Shown here: positions 41,180 through 51,438 of the stretch, one piece after another
Layout: each line of letters starts with the position of its first letter
How positions within the stretch are numbered: position 1 is the first letter of the stretch
The notes under the pieces: model-generated
The model's database searches: none
What the model was told of the DNA's origin: nothing
The model's input: only the letters and a program-made list of their open reading frames with translations
Source: Syntrophales bacterium
Lineage (GTDB): Bacteria > Desulfobacterota > Syntrophia > Syntrophales > UBA6807
Direction: 5' to 3'
Assembly: GCA_040767195.1 (NCBI GenBank)
Contig: JAXGPA010000003.1
Span: forward strand, 224,001 to 288,000
DNA: 64,000 nucleotides
Position numbers and translations under genes: made by a program

Positions 41180-42090
41180 CGGAAAATACCGAAAACGCCC
41201 ACCGATCCGGTTTTGTCGCCATCATCGGGAAGCCCAACGTGGGAAAATCGACCCTCCTGAACCAGGTCGTCGGGGAAAAGATCGCCATCACGACCCGAAA
41301 GCCCCAGACAACCCGGGACAGGATCCTGGGTATCCGGACCGTCGACGGGACCCAGTTCATCTTCATCGACACGCCGGGGATCCACCAGGCCCGGTCCACC
41401 CTGAACCGGTACATGGTAAAGGCCGCCGTCCGAACCCTCGACGAAGGGGATGTGGTCCTGTTCCTCGTCGAAGCCCCGGGGGGCATCGATGAAGACGACC
41501 GGACCATCCTGGGCCTGCTGAAGAACATCACGACACCCGTTTTTCTCGTCATCAACAAGATCGACCTGGCGCCCAGGGAGACGCTCCTGCCCCTCATCGA
41601 CGGCATGAAAGACCTTTACCCCTTCAGGGAAATCTTCCCGGTGAGCGCCAAAACGGGTTTCAACACGGACAGGCTCCTGGACGTCCTCCGCCGTTATCTT
41701 CCCGAGGGCCCGCCCCTTTACCCCGAAGACATGATCACCGACCGGACGGAACGGTTCATCGCCGCGGAAATCGTCCGTGAAAAGATCACGCTCCTCCTCC
41801 GGCAGGAAATTCCCTACCAGGTTGCCGTTGCCATCGACGGGTTCCGGGAAGACCCGAAAAAGGATCTCATCGTCATTCAGGCGACTATCCACACGGCCCG
41901 GGATTCCCAGAAAGGGATCCTGATCGGCCGCGGGGGGCGGATGCTGAAGGAGATCGGAAAACAGGCCCGCCTGGAAATGGAAGATTTCTTCGGAAAGCGG
42001 GTGTTCCTGGAACTCTTTGTCCGGGTGACCCGGGACTGGCCCGAAGATGAACGGATGCTTCGCGAGCTGGGCTACGGGGAAACGACATAG
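41176..42090 (+). CDS. era: GTPase Era
   Basis: GKPNVGKSTL, PQTTR, DTPG, NKID, KH domain QKGILIG. Confidence 0.97.
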   Translation: MTENTENAHRSGFVAIIGKPNVGKSTLLNQVVGEKIAITTRKPQTTRDRILGIRTVDGTQFIFIDTPGIHQARSTLNRYMVKAAVRTLDEGDVVLFLVEAPGGIDEDDRTILGLLKNITTPVFLVINKIDLAPRETLLPLIDGMKDLYPFREIFPVSAKTGFNTDRLLDVLRRYLPEGPPLYPEDMITDRTERFIAAEIVREKITLLLRQEIPYQVAVAIDGFREDPKKDLIVIQATIHTARDSQKGILIGRGGRMLKEIGKQARLEMEDFFGKRVFLELFVRVTRDWPEDERMLRELGYGETT

Positions 42091-42099
42091 GAGAGGCCC

Positions 42100-43455
42100 T
42101 TGACCGACATGTCCGCGAAACCCGTCGTTGCCATCCTGGGAAGACCCAACGTGGGGAAATCGACCCTCTTCAACCGCCTGGCGACGCGGAAAAAAGCCAT
42201 CGTCCTCGACGAGCCGGGGGTGACCCGGGACCGGAATTACGCCGACTGCCGGTGGAAGAACCGGGAATTCGTCGTCATCGACACGGGGGGGTTCGAACCT
42301 GTCTCCCGGGACGCCCTCCTCGTCCAGATGCGGGAGCAGGCGGCCCTGGCCATGGAGGAAGCGGACGTTATCATCTTCCTCATGGACGGCCGGGAGGGGC
42401 TCACGCCCTCGGACATGGAGATCGCCGGTCTCCTCCGCAAGGTTGAAAAGCCCGTCTTTTTCGCCGTCAACAAGATGGACACGGGAAAGCAGGACCCGCT
42501 CCTCTACGATTTCTACCGCCTCGGGGAGGACCGCTTTTACCCTCTCTCGGCGGAACACGGCCTGGGAATCGCCGCCCTTATGGACGACGTCACGGCGGCC
42601 CTCGCCGCCGCCGACGAAGGAGCTGAGGAAAGGTTGGAAGACCGGGAAGACCGGGTCCGGATCGCCGTCATCGGCAAGCCCAACGTGGGAAAATCCTCCC
42701 TGGTGAACAAGATCCTCGGCTTCGAAAGAACCATCGTGAGCGACGCCCCGGGGACGACCCGTGACGCCATCGACACCCCTTTCGAGATTTCCGGGAAGAA
42801 ATATCTTCTCATCGACACGGCGGGAATCCGCAGAAAAAGCCGGATCAGCCGGAAGCTGGAAAAATACACCGTCATGGAGGCGATCCGCACCCTCGACCGG
42901 TGCGACATCGCCCTGCTCCTCATCGACGCCGCGGAAGGGATCACCGAGCAGGACGCCAAGATCGCCGGCCTCGCCTTCGAGCGGGGCGTCGCCACGATCA
43001 TCGTCCTCAACAAATGGGACCTCGTCGCAAAAGACGACCGGACCCTCGGTCAGTACGCCTTGAAGGTCAAAGACACCCTGAAGTTCATGGACTATGCCCC
43101 CATCCTGTCCGTTTCCGCCGTCACGGGACAGCGGGTCCTCCGGGTCTTCGAGGCCATCGACGCCGTCTACGGCCAGTACACGACCCGGATTTCGACAGGC
43201 GAGCTGAACCGGAAGATGGAGGAGATCACCGCCGCCCTCCCGCCGCCTCTTCTCCGGGGAAAGCGAAACCCCCTGTATTTCGGGACCCAGTTCGCCGTCA
43301 AGCCGCCCTCCTTCGTTTTCTTTGTCCGGGAGCCGTCGGCCATCCATTTTTCCTACCAGAGGTACCTCATGAACCGGATCCGCGAGGCCTTCCACCTCGA
43401 CAAGGTGCCCCTGCGCCTCGTATTTCGAAAAAAAGGAAAGGATAACAAAAAGTAG
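42100..43455 (+). CDS. der: ribosome biogenesis GTPase Der (EngA)
   Basis: Two GTPase domains (GRPNVGKS, GKPNVGKS), PGVTRD and PGTTRD; start 42100 or 42109. Confidence 0.97.
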   Translation: MTDMSAKPVVAILGRPNVGKSTLFNRLATRKKAIVLDEPGVTRDRNYADCRWKNREFVVIDTGGFEPVSRDALLVQMREQAALAMEEADVIIFLMDGREGLTPSDMEIAGLLRKVEKPVFFAVNKMDTGKQDPLLYDFYRLGEDRFYPLSAEHGLGIAALMDDVTAALAAADEGAEERLEDREDRVRIAVIGKPNVGKSSLVNKILGFERTIVSDAPGTTRDAIDTPFEISGKKYLLIDTAGIRRKSRISRKLEKYTVMEAIRTLDRCDIALLLIDAAEGITEQDAKIAGLAFERGVATIIVLNKWDLVAKDDRTLGQYALKVKDTLKFMDYAPILSVSAVTGQRVLRVFEAIDAVYGQYTTRISTGELNRKMEEITAALPPPLLRGKRNPLYFGTQFAVKPPSFVFFVREPSAIHFSYQRYLMNRIREAFHLDKVPLRLVFRKKGKDNKK

Positions 43456-43556
43456 CATACGGAATAATTCGTTGACATGCCCCCGTCCCTGTGATAAAAA
43501 TCCCGATTATTTCGGGGTCTTAAAGGTCAAAGAAAAGGGGAAAAGAAGGAGGAATT

Positions 43557-44690
43557 ATGAAAAGATTCATCGTCGTGCTCATGGCCCTGTCCCTCGTTTT
43601 CGCCGTCTTTGGAACCGCCGTGGCGGCGGATAAGAAGGCGGAACCCGTCCGGATCGGCATTTATCTTCCCATGACGGGCGCCGTCGCTGCTTACGGGCAG
43701 ATGGAATACGCCGGCGTCCAGGTGGCGAACAAGATGAAACCCACCGTCCTGGGAAGGCCCGTCGAGCTCTTCCTCGTGGACACGAAAAGCGACAAGATCG
43801 AGGCCGCCAACGCCGTCGACCGCCTGATCAAGAAGGAAAAAGTCCATGCCATCATCGGCGAGGCCATCAGCGGCAACACCATGGCGGGCGGTCCCATCGC
43901 CGACAAGTCCAAGGTTCCCATGGTGTCCCCGACGGCCACGAACCCGCTGGTGACCCAGAACCGGGAATACGTCTTCCGGGTATGCTTCATCGACCCCTTC
44001 CAGGGGGAGATGGCGGCGAAGTACGCCTTTGAAGTCCTGGGGGCGCGGAAGGCCGCCATGATGATCGACATCGCCCAGGACTACTGCGTCGGCCTGGGGA
44101 ACTTCTTCGCCAAGAGCTTCATCAAGCAGGGGGGGAAGATCGTCGCCATGACCTACTTGCAGACGGGAGACCAGGACTTCACCGCCCAGCTGTCCACCAT
44201 CATGGCCGCCAAGCCCGATGTTCTGTACCTGCCCAACTACTACGCGGAAGTCGCCCTGACCTGCAAACAGGCGGCGGAACTGGGCCTCAAGGTCCCGGTC
44301 TTCACCGCTGACGGCGCCCAGGCGCCCGAGCTCATCAGCATCGGGGGCAAAGACGTGGAAGGGGTCATCCTGACCGCCCATTTCGCCAAGGAAGCGGCGG
44401 CGACGGACCTTGCCAGAAATTACATTGAGAACTACACGAAGGAAACGAAGAAAGAGGCCAGCGGGTTCGACGCCCTGGGCGCCGACGCCTATTTCGTCAT
44501 CCTCGACGCCATGACCCGGGCCAAATCGACGGACGGACCCAAGATCCGGGAAGCCCTGGCGAGCACGAAGAACTTCAACGGCGTGTCCGGTGTCATCAAC
44601 ATCGGCCCCGACGGGAACGCCGTCAAGAGCCTCGTCCTTCTCCACGTGAAGGACGGCGATTTCAGGTACCTGGCCACGGTCAACCCGTAG
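43557..44690 (+). CDS. branched-chain amino acid ABC transporter substrate-binding protein (LivJ/K-like)
   Basis: Signal peptide, PMTGAVAAYG, SPTATNP, FRVCFIDPFQG; AGGAGG RBS; upstream TTGACA at 43472. Confidence 0.93.
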   Translation: MKRFIVVLMALSLVFAVFGTAVAADKKAEPVRIGIYLPMTGAVAAYGQMEYAGVQVANKMKPTVLGRPVELFLVDTKSDKIEAANAVDRLIKKEKVHAIIGEAISGNTMAGGPIADKSKVPMVSPTATNPLVTQNREYVFRVCFIDPFQGEMAAKYAFEVLGARKAAMMIDIAQDYCVGLGNFFAKSFIKQGGKIVAMTYLQTGDQDFTAQLSTIMAAKPDVLYLPNYYAEVALTCKQAAELGLKVPVFTADGAQAPELISIGGKDVEGVILTAHFAKEAAATDLARNYIENYTKETKKEASGFDALGADAYFVILDAMTRAKSTDGPKIREALASTKNFNGVSGVINIGPDGNAVKSLVLLHVKDGDFRYLATVNP

Positions 44691-44719
44691 CGCCAGGCGG
44701 AATTTAAAAGCGATACGAG

Positions 44720-44743
44720 CAGGGGGGAGGCCGCTCCCCCCTG
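44720..44743 (+). terminator. intercistronic hairpin after the SBP gene (mRNA stabiliser or partial terminator)
   Basis: CAGGGGGGAG-GCCG-CTCCCCCCTG perfect 10-bp stem followed by a short T run. Confidence 0.65.
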
Positions 44744-44767
44744 TTTCCGTATGGAGAACACACACCC

Positions 44768-45655
44768 GTGGAATTCAGCCTGTTCGCCCAGCAGCTCATC
44801 AACGGCCTGTCCCTGGGAAGCCTTTACGGCCTCATCGCCATCGGGTACACCATGGTTTACGGGATCCTCCGGCTCATCAACTTCGCCCACGGCGACGTGA
44901 TGATGATGGGGTGCTTTTTCGCTTTTTACGGCATCATGATTTTTTCCCTGCCCTGGTGGGCGTCCTTTCCCATCGCCATCGTCCTGACGGCCCTCCTGGG
45001 CATTCTTATCGACCGGGGGGCCTACAGGCCCGTCCGGAACGCCCCGCGGATCTCCGCCCTCATCACCGCCATCGGCGTGTCCTTTTTTCTTGAGAACCTG
45101 GGGCTCGTCATTTTCGGCGGCCGCCCCAAGGGATTCCCCCGGCCGGACATCTTCGCCGGAATTTACACCATTGGGGACGTCCGCTTCCTGGGCCTTTCCG
45201 TCTGGGTTCCCCTCATCACCCTGGCCCTGCTCCTTTTCATCCTCTTTCTCGTTTACCGGACCCGTGCGGGCCGGGCCATGCGCTGCATTTCCTACGACAT
45301 GGAAACCACGCGGCTCATGGGGGTGGACGTGAACCGCATCGTGGCCATCACCTTTGCCGTCGGGTCCGCCGCCGCCGCCGCCGGCGGGATCATGTGGGCC
45401 ATGAAATACCCCCAGATCAATCCCCTCATGGGCGTCATTCCAGGCCTCAAGGCCTTCGTCGCCGCCGTTCTCGGGGGCATCGGGAACGTCGTCGGCGCCA
45501 TGCTGGGGGGGCTGATCCTGGGGCTGGCGGAGATCCTCCTCGTGGCCATCCGGCCCGATCTTTCGGGATACCGGGACGCCATCGCTTTCGGCATCCTCAT
45601 CCTCATTCTCCTTTTCAGGCCCACGGGCCTCCTGGGAGAGAAACTGCCCGAGTAA
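44768..45655 (+). CDS. livH: branched-chain amino acid ABC transporter permease
   Basis: QQLINGLSLGS, INFAHG, KAFVAAVLGGIG. Confidence 0.93.
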   Translation: MEFSLFAQQLINGLSLGSLYGLIAIGYTMVYGILRLINFAHGDVMMMGCFFAFYGIMIFSLPWWASFPIAIVLTALLGILIDRGAYRPVRNAPRISALITAIGVSFFLENLGLVIFGGRPKGFPRPDIFAGIYTIGDVRFLGLSVWVPLITLALLLFILFLVYRTRAGRAMRCISYDMETTRLMGVDVNRIVAITFAVGSAAAAAGGIMWAMKYPQINPLMGVIPGLKAFVAAVLGGIGNVVGAMLGGLILGLAEILLVAIRPDLSGYRDAIAFGILILILLFRPTGLLGEKLPE

Positions 45656-45661
45656 GAGATC

Positions 45662-46729
45662 ATGGCCCTGGACGAAAACCGCCGCAGAAACCAGATTTTC
45701 TCCATCGTCGCCGTCGCCTGCCTTTTTCTGTTTCTGTGGTCCATGCACCTCTTCGCCGACGATTACCAGATCCGGATCCTCAACAACATCGGCCTTTTCG
45801 TCATTCTCGCCGTCAGCTACAACCTCATCAACGGCGTCACGGGACAGTTCTCCCTGGAGCCGAACGCTTTCATCGCCATCGGGGCCTACACCTCCGCCCT
45901 TCTCACCCTCACCCCGGCGGAAAAAGAAATGGCCTTCATCATCGAGCCCATCATCTGGCCGCTGAGCGTGATTTCCGTTCCCTTTGTCGTTTCCCTGGTC
46001 GCCGCGGGGATCGTCACGGCCTTTTTCGGGTTCCTCATGGGGTTTCCCGTCTTCCGTGTCCGGGGGGACTACCTGGCCATCGTCACCCTGGGGTTCGGCG
46101 AGGTCGTCCGGGTCATCGCCAACAACACCCAGACCATCACAAACGGTCCCCTGGGCCTGAAGGGGCTCGCCAGCCACACCAACATCTGGTGGACCTGGGG
46201 ACTGGCCGTCTTCACTGTTTTTTTCATTGCCCGCCTTGTCCGGAGCAGTTTCGGAATGGCCATGAAAGCGGTGAAATACGATGAAGCGGCGGCCGAAGCG
46301 GTGGGCATCAACGCCTTCCGCCACAAGATGCTCGCCTTCACCACCAGTGCCTTCTTCGAAGGCATCGGGGGCGGCCTCCTGGCCCATCTCATCACGACCA
46401 TTTCCCCCACCCTCTTCACCTTCTTTCTGACCTTCAACCTCCTCATCATGATCGTCGCCGGGGGGCTGGGAAGCATCACCGGGTCGGTCATCGCCGCCGT
46501 GATCATCACCTGGGGCGGGGAAGCCCTCCGAATCGTCGAGGAACCCATGGACCTCGGGTTCGTCGAGATCCCCGGCATACCGGGGATGCGGATGGTTCTG
46601 TTCTCCTTCATTCTCATCCTCGTCATGATCTTCGCCCGCCAGGGCCTCATGGGCACCCGGGAATTCTCCTGGAACGGCCTCCAGAACAGGCTCCTGGCCT
46701 GGAAGGGCCGGTACCTCAAGGCAGGCTGA
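45662..46729 (+). CDS. livM: branched-chain amino acid ABC transporter permease
   Basis: GVTGQFSL, RGDYLAIVTLGFGE, GGLGSITG. Confidence 0.92.
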   Translation: MALDENRRRNQIFSIVAVACLFLFLWSMHLFADDYQIRILNNIGLFVILAVSYNLINGVTGQFSLEPNAFIAIGAYTSALLTLTPAEKEMAFIIEPIIWPLSVISVPFVVSLVAAGIVTAFFGFLMGFPVFRVRGDYLAIVTLGFGEVVRVIANNTQTITNGPLGLKGLASHTNIWWTWGLAVFTVFFIARLVRSSFGMAMKAVKYDEAAAEAVGINAFRHKMLAFTTSAFFEGIGGGLLAHLITTISPTLFTFFLTFNLLIMIVAGGLGSITGSVIAAVIITWGGEALRIVEEPMDLGFVEIPGIPGMRMVLFSFILILVMIFARQGLMGTREFSWNGLQNRLLAWKGRYLKAG

Positions 46730-47490
46730 TGGACTTCTTCACGGTAAGAAACCTGACCATGCGATTCGGCGGCCTCGTGGCGGTGAACGACTTCGACATC
46801 ACTTTGAAACCGGGGGAAATCGTCGGCCTCATCGGGCCCAACGGCGCCGGGAAAACGACGGTCTTCAACATGATCGCCGGGTACTACGTCCCCACGGCGG
46901 GAACGATCCACTTCCGGGGGAAACAGCTGAACGGACGAAAGGCCAACGAGATCACCAAGTCAGGAATCGCCCGAACCTTTCAGAACATCCGTCTTTTCAC
47001 GGAACTCACGGTGGCGGAAAACGTCATGATCGCCTACCACTGCCGGATCCGGTCGTCCTTTTTCGGGGCGGCCTTCCGCCTGCCCCTCTACCGGCGGGAG
47101 GAAAAGGCCATGTACGAGGGGTCCTTGGGCTTTCTCGAGGAAGTGGGCCTTCAGGACCTGGCCCGGGAACAGGCGGGGTCCCTGCCCTACGGGAAACAGA
47201 GGCGGCTCGAAATCGCCCGGGCCCTGGCCACGGGTCCGGAGCTCCTCCTCCTGGACGAACCGGCGGCGGGGATGAACCCCAACGAAACCCAGGACCTCCT
47301 GAAACTCATCCTCGCGCTCCGGGAGAAATATAAGCTCACCGTTTTCCTCATCGAACACGACATGAAATTCGTCATGCAGCTTTGCGAGCGGATCAAGGTC
47401 CTGGACTACGGAACGACCATCGCCGAGGGCACCCCCGAGGAAATTCAGCAGAACGAGCGGGTCATTGAGGCCTACCTGGGGGAGGGATAA
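46729..47490 (+). CDS. livG: branched-chain amino acid ABC transporter ATP-binding protein
   Basis: FGGLVAV, GPNGAGKTT, LPYGKQRRLEIARA, DEPAAG. Confidence 0.95.
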   Translation: MDFFTVRNLTMRFGGLVAVNDFDITLKPGEIVGLIGPNGAGKTTVFNMIAGYYVPTAGTIHFRGKQLNGRKANEITKSGIARTFQNIRLFTELTVAENVMIAYHCRIRSSFFGAAFRLPLYRREEKAMYEGSLGFLEEVGLQDLAREQAGSLPYGKQRRLEIARALATGPELLLLDEPAAGMNPNETQDLLKLILALREKYKLTVFLIEHDMKFVMQLCERIKVLDYGTTIAEGTPEEIQQNERVIEAYLGEG

Positions 47491-47491
47491 C

Positions 47492-48202
47492 GTGCTGGCC
47501 ATCGAAGATTTGAACGTTTACTACGGCGGGATCCACGCCCTCAAGGGAATCACCGTGGACGTCCCGGAAAACCGGATCGTGACCCTCGTCGGGGCCAACG
47601 GGGCGGGAAAAAGCTCCCTTCTTCGGGCCATCAGCGGCCTCGTTCCGGCCAACTCCGGGTCCATCCGCTTCCTCGGAAAGGAACTGACGGGAAGGCCGCC
47701 TTATGAAATCGTGAGAAGCGGCATCGCCATCGCCCCCGAAGGAAGAAAGGTCTTCATCAACCTGAGCGTCCACGAAAACCTTCTCATGGGGGGTTACAAC
47801 CGGACGGACAAGGAAGAAATGGAGAAAGACCTGGAACATGTCTTCGGAATCTTTCCCCGGCTCAGGGAGCGGATCGGCCAGAAAGCGGCCACTCTCTCCG
47901 GCGGCGAACAACAGATGCTAGCCGTCGGGCGGGCCCTCATGTCCCGGCCGAAACTCCTCATGCTCGACGAGCCCTCCCTCGGCCTGGCCCCCCTTCTCAT
48001 CCGGGCGGTCTTTCGGGTCATCGAGCAGATTCACGGCGAGGGGACAACGATTCTCCTCATCGAGCAGAACGCCCGGGCGGCCCTCCAGATCGCCGACTAC
48101 GGGTACGTCATCGAGACGGGTTCCATCGTTCTCGAGGGCACCGGCCAGGACCTCCTGGACGACGAGCGGGTCAAAAAAGCCTATTTAGGGGAATCGATTT
48201 AG
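47492..48202 (+). CDS. livF: branched-chain amino acid ABC transporter ATP-binding protein
   Basis: GANGAGKS, LSGGEQQMLA, DEPSLGLAP; GTG start. Confidence 0.95.
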   Translation: MLAIEDLNVYYGGIHALKGITVDVPENRIVTLVGANGAGKSSLLRAISGLVPANSGSIRFLGKELTGRPPYEIVRSGIAIAPEGRKVFINLSVHENLLMGGYNRTDKEEMEKDLEHVFGIFPRLRERIGQKAATLSGGEQQMLAVGRALMSRPKLLMLDEPSLGLAPLLIRAVFRVIEQIHGEGTTILLIEQNARAALQIADYGYVIETGSIVLEGTGQDLLDDERVKKAYLGESI

Positions 48203-48308
48203 ACGGATCGGCCCCGAGAAGTGCGCCTGCGTAGTCGCAAAACGGGCCTCACTCATATCCCGTGCCATCGGACATAACAGCAGGAAAGCCAACTTCCCGG
48301 AAGCAGGT

Positions 48309-49166
48309 CTAACGGTCTTCAAAAACTCCCTGGTCCTTTATGGCCGTGTCGATCGCCAGGACCCGGTAGATGCAGACCGGTTCAGGGAATTCGAGACTCC
48401 CGCCGCCGGTCAGGTATCCCTCCAGGCCGATGCCCCAGGCGAGATCGACAAAAGCGTAGCCCCGGGCGGGAAACCGGATGATCCCGTGGGTCGTCTCGTA
48501 TCGAGCCGACGGCCGGCCCGCCTTTTCGTGCCGCTTCCGAAGATCCTTGAGCCTGGTCTCGTATTTCCCCGGGTCGAGGAGCTTTTCCATCTCGAGTCCC
48601 ATTTCATCGAGCTCCTTCGATTCGGGGTTGGCGGTGTAGGGAACGACGGAAAGAAGGGACAGGGCATTCTTCAAGGATTCGGACGTCCGCCGGGTTCCTT
48701 CGAATTTCCTGTACTCGCAAAGCTCCCGGCCGCCTCCGGAAGCGATGTTCTGAAGGGTCCAGGAAGCCCGCCGGTCCGTTTTCTGGATGGTCCGCTCCTT
48801 CAGGACCCAGATCTTCCCGCCGGATTCCGTTTTTTCCCATTCTTTTCCCTTGAACTGGTTGCACACAATCCTGTTTTCCGGGACGTACCGGTCCATCCGG
48901 AAGGACGGGGGGGACTTGCGGTACCAGATGTCGCAGATTTCGCCGTCGACCCGGCCGTCCCGGAGGTTCTCCACGCTTTCCAGGGCTTCCCGGTCGGCGG
49001 TCCAGTATCGGAGATGGACCTCACCAATGTCTTTGTAGCCGCCGTAAATCCAGGGGAAAGGACCATCGTCGGCCAAGGCTGGGCCGCCGTTTCCGGTTAC
49101 CATAAGAACAATAACCGCAAAGACGATCCAAAAGCCAGGGGCCAGGAGCCTTGAAGTGTCTTTCAT
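48309..49166 (-). CDS. exported hypothetical protein
   Basis: GAGGAG RBS; MKDTSRLLAPGFWIVFAVIVLMV...ALA signal or anchor; no recognised domain. Confidence 0.7.
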   Translation of the reverse strand: MKDTSRLLAPGFWIVFAVIVLMVTGNGGPALADDGPFPWIYGGYKDIGEVHLRYWTADREALESVENLRDGRVDGEICDIWYRKSPPSFRMDRYVPENRIVCNQFKGKEWEKTESGGKIWVLKERTIQKTDRRASWTLQNIASGGGRELCEYRKFEGTRRTSESLKNALSLLSVVPYTANPESKELDEMGLEMEKLLDPGKYETRLKDLRKRHEKAGRPSARYETTHGIIRFPARGYAFVDLAWGIGLEGYLTGGGSLEFPEPVCIYRVLAIDTAIKDQGVFEDR

Positions 49167-49207
49167 GGCATGTTTCTCCTCAATCATCGGGAAAATGAAC
49201 GCCGGTA

Positions 49208-51019
49208 TCAATCGTCGGCAGGCCATTCCAAACAGTAAAATTCATTTCTTAAGTTGACCTTGAACCAATATCTCAGGACCGTGTCTCCAAAGGCCACCGT
49301 TCCCACCTCCCCCGGACCGGAATCGGCAAGATCGATCAGAGGAATTTCCACTTTTAATTTATCCTGCATGATGCCCCATTCATTCACACCATACATATTC
49401 GGCCAGGGAATAGTCTGTTCCCAGTTTTCATCGCTGCTCTTGCAGAAAATATCGAACGTGATGGTCAGGGGCTCAACAGGATGGATGTTGAGGGTGAGAA
49501 TGTTTCCGTTCAGGCGGCCGGAAGCGGTCACCTTGAAGAGGCCTTGGTAAGGGCCGAGGTCGATGTTGCGAATGCTGCACTCGCTTCTTGTGGCCTCGAT
49601 GACAGGTGCCGGTCCCTCATCCCACCATCCTACACCTGTAAAACAATGGTCCCCAAGACTGCAATCAGGATTACTCTGGACAACGCCTTCTTCATCAATT
49701 GTAAACGGTACGTCCATGTACAGGCAGTCCTTGTAGTGAAACATAAAATATTCATTTCCCGTTAATGCCCCGATCTCTTCAAACTCAATGTAGACGCCGG
49801 CAACCCACGCGTTTTGGGTCACCACGATCTTCGTCTGACCCTTGCTGTCGATGACGGTGGGATCCCCCGGGCAGCCGCATGTCGAGACGGTGGCGGTCAC
49901 CGTGGCGGTTCCTGGATTTTTGGGGTGAAAGTAAACGAATGCTTTGCCCGAGTCATCGGTGGGGCAGGTTTCGGGAAACAGCTCTCCCGTGTTGCTGTTC
50001 TGGAGGGTGAAGGTCACGAGGAAACCGGCATAGGTCAGCGTGCCCCCATCTTTTTTCACAAATTCCACCGTCGCCTCGACCTTCGCTTTCGGGGCGCGGT
50101 CCGGCCCCTCCGGAGGGATTTCGATGGTGTCCGGGGTCGCCGTCACGGTGACCCGGGCCAGAAGCCGCATCCAGCAGATCTCCACGGTGAAGAAATACTG
50201 GTAGGACCCGTCGGGCGGGCCGTACTTGTATTTGAGGGTTTCCCAGGCATGACAGCCGTCCGTCTTCCCCTTCGTCCGGTCGCTGCCGTAATGGAATTTT
50301 CCCTGCTCATAGTCCATGCGGTACTTCAGCCCCTGGATCTCCATGACGCAGTCGTTCTTCCGCTTCACTTCGCCAAGGCTGTGGACCTTCGATTCGAATT
50401 CGTCGATCCACTCGGTGAACCGGCCTTCAAGGGCCGCTCTTGCCTCATCGGGGTCAATGGAGTCGGGATCGTCGAGGTTTCCCAGCCCCGGCGAGGGGAA
50501 GTTCCCCCAACCGCCGGTGGAAAAGGTGGTGAAGTGGGTCACCTCGGCGCTCCAGGAAAGCCCGTCGGGGTTCACCCGGGCGGTGAATTCCGTCTGCTCC
50601 CAGGCTCCCTCCGGGTCGTTCCACTGAAAGAGGGGCATCTCATCCCCCGGGGTGAGGGAGACGGTCGACGGGACGGTGATGGTCACCGGGAGGGCGAAGG
50701 TGAGACCGTCGGGGAGGAATTCCGCCGCCCCGTTTTCCCCGAATAGGGTAGACCACATCTCGTCCGGCAAGGCGGTGCCGTCCCGGTAGGTAATGACGGT
50801 GATTTCCGTTTCTTTCGATAAAGCGCCCGGCGGGATGACGACGGAAGACCCGCCTTCGTCGGTTACGGTTCCCCCCTTTGACCCGATCTTTGAAGTCGTT
50901 TCCGGGACCGGGGTTTCACTGTCGGAGGAGGATCCCCCGTTACACCCCGTAAAGTAAAAGATTGCGGAAAGGATCAAACAGGACCACAGGAAAGCAGACG
51001 TTTTTCCGGACCGTTTCAT
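49208..51019 (-). CDS. surface lipoprotein with ZU5-like and Ig-like (Big-1) domains
   Basis: Lipobox FTGC; IGSKGGTV..VVIPPGAL..PDGLTFALPVTIT (ZU5-like); TDDSGKAFV..PGTATVTATV (Big-1-like). Confidence 0.75.
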   Translation of the reverse strand: MKRSGKTSAFLWSCLILSAIFYFTGCNGGSSSDSETPVPETTSKIGSKGGTVTDEGGSSVVIPPGALSKETEITVITYRDGTALPDEMWSTLFGENGAAEFLPDGLTFALPVTITVPSTVSLTPGDEMPLFQWNDPEGAWEQTEFTARVNPDGLSWSAEVTHFTTFSTGGWGNFPSPGLGNLDDPDSIDPDEARAALEGRFTEWIDEFESKVHSLGEVKRKNDCVMEIQGLKYRMDYEQGKFHYGSDRTKGKTDGCHAWETLKYKYGPPDGSYQYFFTVEICWMRLLARVTVTATPDTIEIPPEGPDRAPKAKVEATVEFVKKDGGTLTYAGFLVTFTLQNSNTGELFPETCPTDDSGKAFVYFHPKNPGTATVTATVSTCGCPGDPTVIDSKGQTKIVVTQNAWVAGVYIEFEEIGALTGNEYFMFHYKDCLYMDVPFTIDEEGVVQSNPDCSLGDHCFTGVGWWDEGPAPVIEATRSECSIRNIDLGPYQGLFKVTASGRLNGNILTLNIHPVEPLTITFDIFCKSSDENWEQTIPWPNMYGVNEWGIMQDKLKVEIPLIDLADSGPGEVGTVAFGDTVLRYWFKVNLRNEFYCLEWPADD

Positions 51020-51438
51020 GGCATCCCCCTTCTTCTTCCCCAAAAAAAGATTGAAACCCTGAAAAAAGACCTGTTTTGTATTCTGCTTTATCCGTGAAGA
51101 GGAACCCTTCTCTGCTCGCGTCGGCCCAGGGGTCCCGGAAATGGAAAGGATGCGTGAAGATGGCGCCTGAAGATGAAAAGTTAACCCAGAAAAGCGTTCC
51201 CCAGAAAATAATATGCCGTGGGTTGCCGATATTGGCAAGTAAAATTATGGGGATAATTTCATAAAATAATTAAGAGGTTGTTTTGCAGCGCGCCTAAAAT
51301 CAGCGCTTACCGAGGGGGCTGATCACGAAAAGAACGAGAAAACGGGATGGTTGCTCAAGCTTTCCTTTAACCTTTGCAATATCTCTTGTCCGCAATGATC
51401 TTATTACAGTCTGCCGTGTTCCAGATTAATAATTCCCA

